Shown here: positions 51,289-61,500 of the stretch, piece after piece | Layout of the letters: the number at the start of each line of letters is the position of its first letter | Numbering within the stretch: the first letter of the stretch is position 1 | Assembly: GCA_963731325.1 (NCBI GenBank) | Contig: CAVSUL010000009.1 | Coordinates: forward strand, 3,240-67,239 | Length of the DNA stretch: 64,000 nucleotides | Direction of reading: 5' to 3' | Source of the DNA: an uncultured Verrucomicrobiae bacterium | GTDB taxonomy: Bacteria; Verrucomicrobiota; Verrucomicrobiia; Chthoniobacterales; JAFAMB01 | Translations under genes and position numbers: made by a program | Notes under the pieces: generated by a model | What the model was told of the DNA's origin: nothing | Seen by the model: only the letters and a program-made list of their open reading frames with translations | Database searches by the model: none

Positions 51289-52092
51289 ATGGGATCGATT
51301 CGCCTTTTAAGCCTGGACTTCGACGGAACGCTGGTCAGCTCCTTCCTGGCTACCAGCGAAGAAATTGCGGCTCCGGACCTTGTTTCTTGTCTGAATCATC
51401 TTCGGCGGCACGGAACAATCTTCGCGCTCAACACCGGTCGAACTCTTCCTTTGGTCGATCAGGCGTTGGAGTTATTCCCAGTTCGCCCGGATTATGCGCT
51501 GACGGCCGAGCGCGAGCTTTTCCGCTGGGACGGCGGTCGCTGGGAAGATCTGGGAGACTGGAACGAACGTTGCCGCGAGGCGCACGATAATCTCTCGGTT
51601 CGATCCGCCAAACTTCGTTCGAAGATCGAGCGCTTTGTGGAGAAAAAGACCGGTGCGCGTCTTTATTACCAGGACGGGCGCTGCGAAGGAATTGTTGCTC
51701 GGGACGACGCCGAGATGGACGCAATCGAGCGATTCCTCGAGGGTGAGCAGCCGGCGGTGCCTGATTTCTCGTATCAGCGCAATTCTATTTATTTACGGTT
51801 CTGTCATCGGGCCTACGATAAGGGGTCGGTCCTGGGAGAGTTGCAGCGCGTCCTGGGCATCGATCCAGCCGAGACCTTCGCGGCGGGAGACAATTTCAAC
51901 GACTTACCGATGCTTCGCCCAAGCTGCGCGGCTTGGCTGGCCTGCCCTGCCAACAGTATCGACGAGGTGAAATCGGCCGTTATCGGTCACGGCGGTTTTG
52001 TGGCCGAACGTGAAAGCGGGGCGGGGGTGGCTGAAGCCCTGCGCAGTTTTTTCCCGCGACTCAACGGGCTGTACAATTCCTGGCCGGTGTGA
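51289..52092 (+). CDS. HAD-superfamily (Cof/IIB-like) hydrolase
   Basis: LLSLDFDGTLV is motif I, NTGR is motif II, and AAGDNFNDLPML is motif IV. Confidence 0.7.
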   Translation: MGSIRLLSLDFDGTLVSSFLATSEEIAAPDLVSCLNHLRRHGTIFALNTGRTLPLVDQALELFPVRPDYALTAERELFRWDGGRWEDLGDWNERCREAHDNLSVRSAKLRSKIERFVEKKTGARLYYQDGRCEGIVARDDAEMDAIERFLEGEQPAVPDFSYQRNSIYLRFCHRAYDKGSVLGELQRVLGIDPAETFAAGDNFNDLPMLRPSCAAWLACPANSIDEVKSAVIGHGGFVAERESGAGVAEALRSFFPRLNGLYNSWPV

Positions 52093-52802
52093 TGAGTTCG
52101 CGAATCTTGATTGTTGAGGACGAAGCGGACGTTGCGGCTCTGCTGGCGCACCATCTTAAACAAGCCGGTTTTCTCGTTGACCTGGCGGCGGATGGCCGTG
52201 TGGCTATGACCCTCATTAAGGATCAACCGCCCGCGCTCATAATCCTTGACTTGATGTTGCCCGAGATGTCGGGCCTTGACCTATGCCGGCTGCTTAAGTC
52301 GGATCCGAAATATCGCGCAATCGCAATTGTGATGCTTTCGGCCAGGTCGGAAGAGATTGACCGTGTGCTTGGCTTTGAGCTCGGTGCCGAGGACTATGTG
52401 GTCAAACCGTTCAGCCCGCGGGAACTTGTTTTGCGTATTCGCGCAATCCTGCGGCGACGCTCGTCTTCTTCGGAGCAAGCCGATCGAATACAAGTAGGCG
52501 ATCTGGTTCTCGATCGATCGCGTCATCAAGTCATGGCCGCGAACCGGTTGATCGAGTGCACCGCGACTGAGTTCAGGCTCCTGTCGATCCTGATGGAACG
52601 GCATGGACGGGTTCAGCAGCGTGATCGGTTGCTCAGCGACGTGTGGGGTTACGACTCCATGATCGATACCCGGACCGTGGATACGCACATGCGCCGGTTG
52701 CGAGACAAACTGGGCGAGCACGGTCGCTATATCGAAACGATCCGGGGCTTTGGCTACCGTTTGATGCTGCCAAAACCGGAATTAGAAACAGGGACTGACT
52801 AG
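52092..52802 (+). CDS. OmpR/PhoB-family response regulator
   Basis: [11 protein letters not shown]...[17 protein letters not shown]...[37 protein letters not shown] closely parallels E. coli PhoB. A winged-helix C-terminus is present. The ATG overlaps the HAD stop as TGATG. Confidence 0.85.
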   Translation: [236 protein letters not shown]

Positions 52803-53139
52803 CGGCGGTGTTCACGGAGCTGGCGTAGCCACAACCAAACCGATTCTGACGTTCCTTCGACAAGAGGCCAAGTCCGGCGACCCGGGGCACGGCGTGCCTC
52901 AGAAAAAAACACTCGCCTTTTTACCCTGAATCCCGCTAGTCTCACGCGCTCAAGAGAGAGAGACGTTTGAGGGGAGCTGGAAACCGGCAATTTGTTACCT
53001 TCTCGACGCGGGATTGCCACAAATCGCTGATGAAGTACGCCTGTCGTTGATACGCCCGGCGCCGCGAGAGAAAGTGAGAGAGGGCGGCGAGCGGCAACCG
53101 AAAAACGGGGGAATTCCAACTTAACCAAGGAAAAACTGA

Positions 53140-54792
53140 ATGATTCGACGAACGATGCGTGCGTCCGCAGTCGCCGGTGCCTTAGCCTTAACTGCCGGCG
53201 GCGTTTTCGCGCAAGATAACCAGGCGCTAATCGACGCTTTGGTGAAGAAAGGCATCCTTTCGCAAAAGGAAGCTGAAAAAATCGAGGCGGAAGTCTCGAA
53301 AAATCCTGCCGTACAGCCAGAGCAGATCCAGAGTCCGATCAAACTGGCGCCTTGGATCAAAGAGCTGAAATTGAGCGGCGACTTGCGACTGCGTTGGCAG
53401 GGAGACCAGGCTCAACAACAGGAGCCAAATTCTCCGATACCTAGTGCCGGGCCTCTCGGGGCCAAGGGTCAGCCATCTGGAGTCAGTCAGCGCAGCCGCT
53501 GGCGATTCCGGCTTCGTCTGAATGCCGATTTCAAGCTTGACTACGGTTTCTTCGGTGGGGTCGGGTTGGCGACTAACAGCCAGAATGACTCAAACAACCA
53601 GACATACACCGCGGCTTACCGCAACTATAACATCTTCATCAACAAAGCCTTTCTCGGGTGGAACGGTGTCCCCGGAATCACTCTGCTGGCGGGTAAGTTC
53701 GAGAATCCGTTTTACACGACCGATCTCTTCTGGGATCCGAGTTTGAATCCGAACGGGCTCACTGAGCGACTCGATTTTCATAAGCTGTTCGGGTGGGCGG
53801 CCGCCGGTGAGCAATCGGCGGGCTACAGCAAAGAAGGGAAGGAAGCTCCGCCTGCGCCGGCTCCCAAGCCGCAATCGGCCTTCGAGCTTAGCCTGATCGC
53901 CGGCCAGTTCGTGCTTTACGATAACAACGAGTACAATTTCGATAGCGACCTGAATACCGACTCCTTCCAATTCTGGACACAGCTCCTGGCCCGGTACAGG
54001 ACCCCGGTGGTCACTTTCAGCTTCGGTCCCTCGCTCTTTGTCGCGAACGCAGCCGCGGTTGGCCACGATACGGCAAACCCGGTCGACAGCACGGTCCACA
54101 CTCGGCCGCTCTTCTTCTCTGGTCCTAACGCCGGAGTGGGCGAGGAGCGCGACCTGTTGATCGCGATGGCTCCCGGCGATATCGGAATCAAGATTGGAAA
54201 CGTCCCGATCACGTTGTACTGGGATCTCGCCTACAACTTCCAGGGCGGCGCACGCTTTGACATTCTTGGAACGCCTGGTACCAGCACTGATGCGGACGGT
54301 GCGAATCCCACGTTCAAAACATTCGATTCCCACGGGCATGTCATTACCGAGACACTGGGGCCGGGGCTCTTCTCGCAGTTCAACACCTACACGCAGAGGC
54401 ATGGCACTGTGACGATTACTCAGACGGGCATCAATCCGTTCACGCGGGTGTCAGCTTCGGACAACGACAAGCTCGCCTGGGTGGTTGGCTTGAAGATTGG
54501 GCAGAACAAGCAGGCGGGTGACTGGTCGATCTTCGGGGATTACCGGCAGGTCGGCATCGCGGCCGTTGATGCTATCACCGGACCGTCCGATCCGATGAAC
54601 GGCCGCCTGAACTTGCAGGGGTTTGGATTTGGGATCCTCTACAACGTGACTGACTTCTTCCTGCTGGGGGTGGACGGCCGCATCGACTGGAACCTGAAAA
54701 ATCTCTACGGCGGTCAAGCTACCCGCGGCTCCGGGATTGCTGACTATAATTCCTGGAATTTCGTCCGAGTCAACGCGATCCTCAAATTCTAG
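53140..54792 (+). CDS. Outer-membrane beta-barrel porin (possibly phosphate/anion-selective)
   Basis: It has a signal peptide, an N-terminal coiled segment (QALIDALVKKGILSQKEAEKIEAEV), alternating beta-strand patterning and a C-terminal ...NAILKF with terminal Phe. Confidence 0.6.
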   Translation: MIRRTMRASAVAGALALTAGGVFAQDNQALIDALVKKGILSQKEAEKIEAEVSKNPAVQPEQIQSPIKLAPWIKELKLSGDLRLRWQGDQAQQQEPNSPIPSAGPLGAKGQPSGVSQRSRWRFRLRLNADFKLDYGFFGGVGLATNSQNDSNNQTYTAAYRNYNIFINKAFLGWNGVPGITLLAGKFENPFYTTDLFWDPSLNPNGLTERLDFHKLFGWAAAGEQSAGYSKEGKEAPPAPAPKPQSAFELSLIAGQFVLYDNNEYNFDSDLNTDSFQFWTQLLARYRTPVVTFSFGPSLFVANAAAVGHDTANPVDSTVHTRPLFFSGPNAGVGEERDLLIAMAPGDIGIKIGNVPITLYWDLAYNFQGGARFDILGTPGTSTDADGANPTFKTFDSHGHVITETLGPGLFSQFNTYTQRHGTVTITQTGINPFTRVSASDNDKLAWVVGLKIGQNKQAGDWSIFGDYRQVGIAAVDAITGPSDPMNGRLNLQGFGFGILYNVTDFFLLGVDGRIDWNLKNLYGGQATRGSGIADYNSWNFVRVNAILKF

Positions 54793-54822
54793 CCAGAAAC
54801 CACTCATAACCAATGTAACCGC

Positions 54823-54858
54823 GAACCCGGCGGAGCAATTCGCCGGGTTCTTTCGCTT
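54823..54858 (+). terminator. Rho-independent terminator downstream of the porin gene
   Basis: The hairpin is GAACCCGGCG-gagcaatt-CGCCGGGTTC followed by TTTCGCTT. Confidence 0.7.
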
Positions 54859-55103
54859 GTATTCCCAAGGGGCAAATTCCCGCAAGTACCGTCAGCATGG
54901 CTTTTGGACTAGCGCCGGACTTGCTGTCGCGGGAAAGTTGCACGGATGAAGCGCAATCGCCATGGAACCCCGCGGTATCGTCGAGCTCGCGTTTGCAATC
55001 TTGCCGTCTCTTGTGGAAGGTAGCCGGTGCTTGCTGATGGGAGAGCCACGGCTAATAAGTCCTATGTTTGCTGACGCCTAATCGATTTCGGTATCAACTA
55101 AGC

Positions 55104-55964
55104 ATGCCATCCTCCTTTATGGACGTTACGAAGACTGCTACAACTCCGACAGCCCGGCCGATCGCCGGAACCAAAGTGGAACCGGGAGGGTCTGTCGCCG
55201 ATCAGCCTCGGCAAATTGTCGATATCGACAAACTCGATTTCGCTTACGGCTCGTCCAAGGCCTTGCACGGGATCAGCTTCCAGATTCCGGAGCGCAAGGC
55301 GACCGCCTTCATCGGACCATCGGGTTGCGGCAAATCGACCTTGCTGCGTTGTCTCAACCGGATGAACGATCTCGTCGATCATGCTCGCGTGACCTCGGGT
55401 ACGATCCATATCGACGGAGTCAATATATACGCTCCGGACGTCGATGTGATCGAGTTGCGCAAGCGGGTTGGGATGGTTTTCCAAAAATCCAATCCCTTTC
55501 CCAAGTCGATCTACGAAAATATTGCGTACGGCTTGCGAATTGCCGGTGTGCGCGAGAAACGGGTGATTGATGAAACCGTCGAGACCAGCCTCAGAGGAGC
55601 GGCTCTATGGGAAGAGGTGAAGGATCGGCTGAACGAAAGCGCGTTGGGATTATCGGGTGGTCAGCAGCAACGTCTTTGTATCGCGCGGGCGATGGCGGTC
55701 AAGCCCGAGATCGTTCTGATGGATGAGCCTTGCTCGGCCCTTGATCCGATCGCGACCGCAAAAGTGGAGGAACTGATAGCCCAACTGAAGGATCGGTTCA
55801 CGATTGTTATCGTCACCCACAACATGCAACAAGCGACGCGATGTTCCGATTTAACGGCTTTCTTCTATCTCGGACGCTTGATCGAGTTTGATCGGACAGA
55901 AAAGATTTTCAGTAAGCCAAGCCAAAAACAGACCGAGGATTACATCTCCGGCCGTTTTGGCTAG
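55104..55964 (+). CDS. pstB: Phosphate ABC transporter ATP-binding protein PstB
   Basis: [61 protein letters not shown] and [15 protein letters not shown] are present. The start is ambiguous between 55068 and 55119. Confidence 0.95.
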   Translation: MPSSFMDVTKTATTPTARPIAGTKVEPGGSVADQPRQIVDIDKLDFAYGSSKALHGISFQIPERKATAFIGPSGCGKSTLLRCLNRMNDLVDHARVTSGTIHIDGVNIYAPDVDVIELRKRVGMVFQKSNPFPKSIYENIAYGLRIAGVREKRVIDETVETSLRGAALWEEVKDRLNESALGLSGGQQQRLCIARAMAVKPEIVLMDEPCSALDPIATAKVEELIAQLKDRFTIVIVTHNMQQATRCSDLTAFFYLGRLIEFDRTEKIFSKPSQKQTEDYISGRFG

Positions 55965-56030
55965 GAGGGCGAAAGGCCTGGAAGCGGGTCATAACATCTT
56001 TTCGCCCTGTGCACGGGGCTTTGGGAGCTT

Positions 56031-56188
56031 CTTGGAGTGCGTGCGACTTGTCGCCGCTTTCGGATCGAGCGGAGCGCGGCGTTAAGGAGCGCGTGTCTTT
56101 CTCCAAGAAACTCGGCGCTTCGTGGTCGGTCCGCGGCCAGGTCGCGCTCCGCGCGGTCTCAAAGCGGCGACAAGTCGCACGCACTGCA
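56031..56188. repeat. Family A nested-palindrome repeat, copy 3
   Basis: The arms are GGAGTGCGTGCGACTTGTCGCCGCTTT and AAAGCGGCGACAAGTCGCACGCACTGC. Confidence 0.9.
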
Positions 56189-56321
56189 CAAAAAATTGCA
56201 CGACCTTTCCGAGCGACAGCAAAAAGCATTGTTGCGAGAAAATTTCCAAATTCGTACTACCGGCACACGTTGCCAGGCCATCGCTGAATTCTCATCGCCA
56301 CAATCGACTGCTGCTCGAGCC

Positions 56322-58508
56322 CTAAAACGCTACCCCGAAACTGAGGTGGAAAGCGCCAAAGTCTTCGTTTCTTTTCGGAGCTGGGTTGATCCCGTAGTCC
56401 ATCCGAAGAGGACCGACCGGCAAATTGTAGCGAATGCCCGCCCCGATGCCCGTACTGAAATTATCGAGAGGCGAACTACCCAGACCTCCCGCGTCAATGA
56501 AAGCCGCCCCGAGGAGATCGCCCCAAATCGGGAAATTGTACTCGACGTTAAAAACCGATCGAGCCAGGCCGCCGACCGGGTTATTATTGTTATCCTTTGG
56601 GCCGAGATCACGCTCCGCGAAGCTCCGGACCGTGTCGGCACCTCCGTTGACGAAGCGCTCTTCAATCGGTATGCGGAGGGTTCCACCGGTCGTGGGAGCA
56701 ATCACGTCGAAGCGAACGCCAAAAGCGAGCAGAGCTTTGCCCAGAGGTTGATAGTAGCTGAAACGTTCCGTCGCGCGGAGAAAGGTGCTGGCGCTCTCTG
56801 TTGGTTCTGAGCCGGAAGCGGTCAAAGCCAGAATCCAGCCGCGGGTGGGGTTCAACGGATTGTCACGACGATCGACTGTCTGCGTCACTCCAACTGTAAG
56901 CAACTGATAGCCGGTTGGCCCGACCAAGTCACGCGGGTCAATCGTGATGCTGTTCAGGTTCACGTTTTTGAATTCCACGAATCCGCCTGTCTCGAATCCG
57001 CCAGTCTCCAGACCGGTGGAACTGAGCTGTGTTCCGTATCTCCGGGTGAGACTTAGCCTGGCGTATTCGTTGATGTAAGAATACCCTTGGAGGGTTTTGT
57101 TCTCGATTCCAATCACCGCCCGAAATCGATTTTTTGTGTTAAAAAACCAGGGGTCTTCGTAAGAAATCTCGCCTTGAGGTCCCAGGCCTGTGTACTCGGC
57201 GGTCGCCGAGAAGATATGGCCTTCTCCGCCGACATTACGATCGATATAGTTTGCTCCGACGATGATGCCATCGAAAGTCCGATAACCACCGAACACGCCG
57301 AACTCCTTGGGCGGCGCTTCGTGCGGGACCAGAGTCAGCCTGATCGTATCATCCGGTTCCGGCGTTTCCTGAATGTCTAATCCGCTGAACAGGCCGGTCC
57401 GAATCAAAGAGTTATTTATTCCTCGCAGAGTTTGCGGGTTGTAAATCTGTCCGCGCAATTCCGAGACGCGATGAGGAAGAAAATCCGGTTTAAGCGCGGC
57501 ATTCCGGCCTTGATTGACGACGATGTCTCCGAACCGAAAAACCGGGCCCGGAACCGACGCTACCCTGATAGGAACCTTGCCTCCGCCCGCCAGGTTTCTA
57601 AAATCGGGGGTGACGGTGACGGTGGCAATGTAGTGACCAGCGGTTTTGTAAGCGAAGGTAAGATCCCGTTGCAAGGTGGCGACGGCTGCTTCGGAATACG
57701 GGGCGGGGGGTTGGGTGAGGGCCCGAATTTTCTCGGAAAACGCGGTCGTCGGAATGCCTGGGTCATTGGTAAAGGTAATCGGACCAAAAAAGTATCGTGG
57801 CCCTTCATTGATCGTGACGATCGCATCAACCGCTCGGCGCGTGTTGTCCGGCCTGGTTTCCATCTTGACGATCTGCACCTGCGGAAATCCCTGCGAAATA
57901 TAATAGCCCTGGACCAGCGACGTACCGGTCACCAGATCAGCTTCAACAAACGGCAGTTGTCTCTGGAACTGGGAAAATCGGGCCCGGGTGGTACCGATCA
58001 TAAAGTCCTTCAGAGCGGCCGATGGAAACGTTTTATTGCCTTGGAAAAAAATGTTTCCCAGCTGGTAGAACGGACCTTCCCGAATGAGCAGCTCAAGAAA
58101 TTGTCCACCGCCGTAGATACGATATTTTACATCAACTAGCGGATAGCCGCGTCTGCGATAGAAGAGTGCGAGGAAAAACGCTGTATCGTCGGCCAGTGGA
58201 ACACTGAGTCCTTGCGCTTGAATCTGCGTGAGCGAATCAGCGATCGCGTTCCGCAAGTCCGTTTCGGAGAAGTGCTGATTGCCGACGAAGCGCACTCGCG
58301 AAGCTGTCCGTGGCGGAGGGCCAGGCTGCATCTGGACGGTCCCCGCGGCCTGGGTCGCCTGATCAGGGGATTGGCTGAAGACTTCGTCTGCACAGCCGAC
58401 AACCCAGAGCAAGGCTATGGTCGATAGAACCCTCACCTGCGTCCGAACCCCGCGGAATTCCGGCTTTGCCATGAGATTAATCCGGCGGCGACCCGGGGCA
58501 CTGTTCAT
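56322..58508 (-). CDS. Omp85-family outer membrane protein (TamA/BamA-like; POTRA domains plus a surface-antigen D15 barrel)
   Basis: 728 aa with a signal peptide and POTRA-like repeats (VRFVGNQHFSETDL). The barrel has RFVNGGADTVRSF and ends ...HLSFGVAF. The start overlaps the tamB stop as ATGA. Confidence 0.85.
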   Translation of the reverse strand: MNSAPGRRRINLMAKPEFRGVRTQVRVLSTIALLWVVGCADEVFSQSPDQATQAAGTVQMQPGPPPRTASRVRFVGNQHFSETDLRNAIADSLTQIQAQGLSVPLADDTAFFLALFYRRRGYPLVDVKYRIYGGGQFLELLIREGPFYQLGNIFFQGNKTFPSAALKDFMIGTTRARFSQFQRQLPFVEADLVTGTSLVQGYYISQGFPQVQIVKMETRPDNTRRAVDAIVTINEGPRYFFGPITFTNDPGIPTTAFSEKIRALTQPPAPYSEAAVATLQRDLTFAYKTAGHYIATVTVTPDFRNLAGGGKVPIRVASVPGPVFRFGDIVVNQGRNAALKPDFLPHRVSELRGQIYNPQTLRGINNSLIRTGLFSGLDIQETPEPDDTIRLTLVPHEAPPKEFGVFGGYRTFDGIIVGANYIDRNVGGEGHIFSATAEYTGLGPQGEISYEDPWFFNTKNRFRAVIGIENKTLQGYSYINEYARLSLTRRYGTQLSSTGLETGGFETGGFVEFKNVNLNSITIDPRDLVGPTGYQLLTVGVTQTVDRRDNPLNPTRGWILALTASGSEPTESASTFLRATERFSYYQPLGKALLAFGVRFDVIAPTTGGTLRIPIEERFVNGGADTVRSFAERDLGPKDNNNNPVGGLARSVFNVEYNFPIWGDLLGAAFIDAGGLGSSPLDNFSTGIGAGIRYNLPVGPLRMDYGINPAPKRNEDFGAFHLSFGVAF

Positions 58509-61500
58509 CGGAACCGGATAAAGTAGCGCAATCGTCCGCTGACATCGCCTTGCTGTCCGACGTCACCGATGATCTGCCAGTTTTTCGTGAGCGCGAAACG
58601 CGCGCTTACGTCCTGTGTGCCAGCGCGTGCACCTGGAATGATATTGACCTGCAATCGCTCGAGAAAGGCTTGTTGGTTCGGGTTGGGGCGAACTCTGAAA
58701 ACTTTGGTCAGAAGTTGCTGCGCCAAAAGGAAAGTGGCGCGTCCGGCCAAAAGACTGGGATTCTCCACGAACTCGGCGGTCGTTGCCCCAGTCGCCAGGA
58801 GACTAGCGATGTCACCCTGAGCCAGTGGTGGAGTGCTGTCGAACAAGATCTGAAAATTCGAGACGTTGCCGAAGATGCGAACCCGGACGTCGTAATCGCG
58901 CACTTGTGAGGTGCCCACAATGTTGAGCACGGGGTCAAGCGGATTCCCGCCGGGTACAAAGTTTACGTAACCATTCGTAATGTTCAGGTGGCTGAATGGG
59001 AGCGATGCGATCAGGCTGTCGACCCGGACAAACCCGGTTACTGACGGTGTCGCGCCCGTACCGGCGGCGTGCAGGTTAATCGTGACCTTGCCGCGAGCAA
59101 GATTGCTTTCAACCCGAAACTGTTGGTCGGTCCTGACATCGATGTTGAACTTCCAATTGCTGAGAGGGGCAGTCTTAATGCCGACTGAACTCGGGGGTGG
59201 CACCGCCGGCGGCGTCGGTGCAGGGCGGCCCGGCAGATTGAGCGGCAGAATATCGATATCCTGGAAAAACCGGCTGTTCGTTACGCCGACTACTCCGCTG
59301 ACCTCCCCGGCGGAAAGTGGGCCGCGCACCGCCAAGTTGAGATTTGAGCGGACAATTACAGTATCGCTGCGAGTTATCAGGATCTCACGGCCAGTGACGA
59401 GAAGGTCGAAAAGCGGATCGGTTCCTTTGGTGAGATCAATTGAACCGCGCAACCCGAAGGGGCCACCTCCGGCGAGGCCGTTGAACTGGTCGAAAGTGAT
59501 TCGATCCTGACGAAAATTGATATTAACGACAAAATTTGAGATGGGAGGTACCACATCGGTCCTGGCCTGAAAACGGCTGACATTTGATCGAACGCTACCC
59601 GTCACTACCGGCCTTTGCAGTGTGCCGCCGACATTAGCATCGACACCGGCCCGGCCTTCAATGATTCTTACCTGTGAGGATAGTTTCCTCAAAAAGGCCA
59701 AGTTAGTATCAGGCCATCGCATGGAAAGTTGTAACGGTGTATCTTCAGACATCTTGCCAGTCTCGATGATCTGTCTCACGTCGACAGGTATCGATCCTCG
59801 CAGTTGCGCGGGCTGGATATCCGGCTGGCGGAAGTCTCCGGTCAGATTCAGATTCTTGTTGGACAGCTGGGCGTCAATGCTCGCCTGCGCAGCAGCCAGC
59901 GTGGAAACCGCCGGCGAACGGATGTCGTTGATACCGAGGTGCACCTTCGCGGCCAAATCCTGCAGAGCTCCCGACGCCTGTATCAGAAGATCGATGTTAC
60001 CGGTAACCTCCGGCTTACCCGGTTGGAAGGCCGATAGCGGAATGCGGTCTCCGCGCAGATCGATTTCGAGCGGCTTGTCCAGGGCAATCGGGATCTTTGC
60101 TCCCGGCCGAAAATTGAGGGGAACCTTCAGGTTGCCGCTCAATGCATTCTGGTTTTTGCGAATCGTTAAGTTAGGAATTTCCAGCTGTTCGGGCGTGACT
60201 CGCAAAGTGCTGTCGAGATCCGCATAGGGAGATCGAATGTTGATTTTTGAGAGCTGTGCTTCCAGGCCCTGGTAGTTGCCTTCGACATCCGCGTCTATTC
60301 CGGCAACGTTCGCCAGCCGCAACTGACTCGCTCGCAATTGCACTGTTCCGGTAGAGTTTCGCAATTCCCCCTTTCCGTGCCACTGCATGGATAATTTGCC
60401 GGCAGTCCCGGAAGTTTGCCCGAAGGAAGCGAGCAACTGGTTCAGGAAAGACAAATCTTCGAAATCTGCCGTTGCATCCGATTGATAGGTGTATGGCTCG
60501 GTGAGCTTCGCCGAACCGTGTATATCCAATCGATTTTTCGAGTCAAAGGCCACCCGCCCAGTCTCAATATTCAGCTCCTCTTTTTCGACCTTACCGGCGA
60601 TGTCAAGATCCTCGATAGGCAGCCCGCGATAGAGGAGGTGATCGCCCACTACGGATAGCGTGCCGCTTGGAAGCTTACTCCGAGCATTTCCCTGGCCGAT
60701 AAAGCTCGCACTGAGCCGCCCGGCTAAACCTGGATCAGGACCGATCGCTTTCAGCAGCCCGTTAAACGTCCGTAAATCCGAAAAATTGACCGATCCCTCG
60801 GCGTGATAGTTGTATGGGTCAACCGCGGAGAAGTCCCCGGTCAGATTGATCCTATTACTCGGATCGAATGTTATTTTGAAATTCCGCAGGAAAGCGATGT
60901 TGTTATCCGCGTCAGCGTTTATTGACAGATCCTGGATCAGGAGATCGCTTGCTTTGATCTGTTGGCCAGCAGCCTTGAATTGAGTACGGGGCAGGGGATT
61001 GCGGACATCGCCGGTCGCATCCAGAGTCGCCTGAAATTTACCGCTGAGGTCGCTCGGCTTACCCAGGTTGGCCAGCAGATTATGGAAGACATCGAGATTT
61101 TCAAGATTGATGGCAGCATGACCTTCATACGCGTACGGATCGGCGAGCGCAGCCGACGCCCGCGCCGTTACGGTGTTCTGGTCATCGAATGCCAGCCTGA
61201 TAGCGGGTACCTGCAACGAGCCATTCGCCGTGGCCCCTTGCAGTTCCAGTGACTTTATGGGAACGCCACGATAGGAGACCGTTTGGCCTGTGACCTGGAA
61301 CTGTGCTTCGGGAATTCTGCTTTGTGCATTGCCGCTCGCTTTCACATGCGCATCGAGGGCTCCTTTCAGCCCGGTCGGTTGCCTGAGTGCTACCAAGATC
61401 TCGTTGAGAACTCCGAGATCCGTGAAATGTATCACGCCGGTTCCCTCGTACGGGAACTGGCCGGCCAGCGAGGCCGTACCCGTTAGCTGGGCAAAATTAA

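Noticed and set aside
52799-53128. 109-aa minus-strand ORF in the spacer between the response regulator and the porin.
   Set aside because: It is Arg/Ser/Leu-rich with no motifs and lies in what is more plausibly the porin promoter/leader region.
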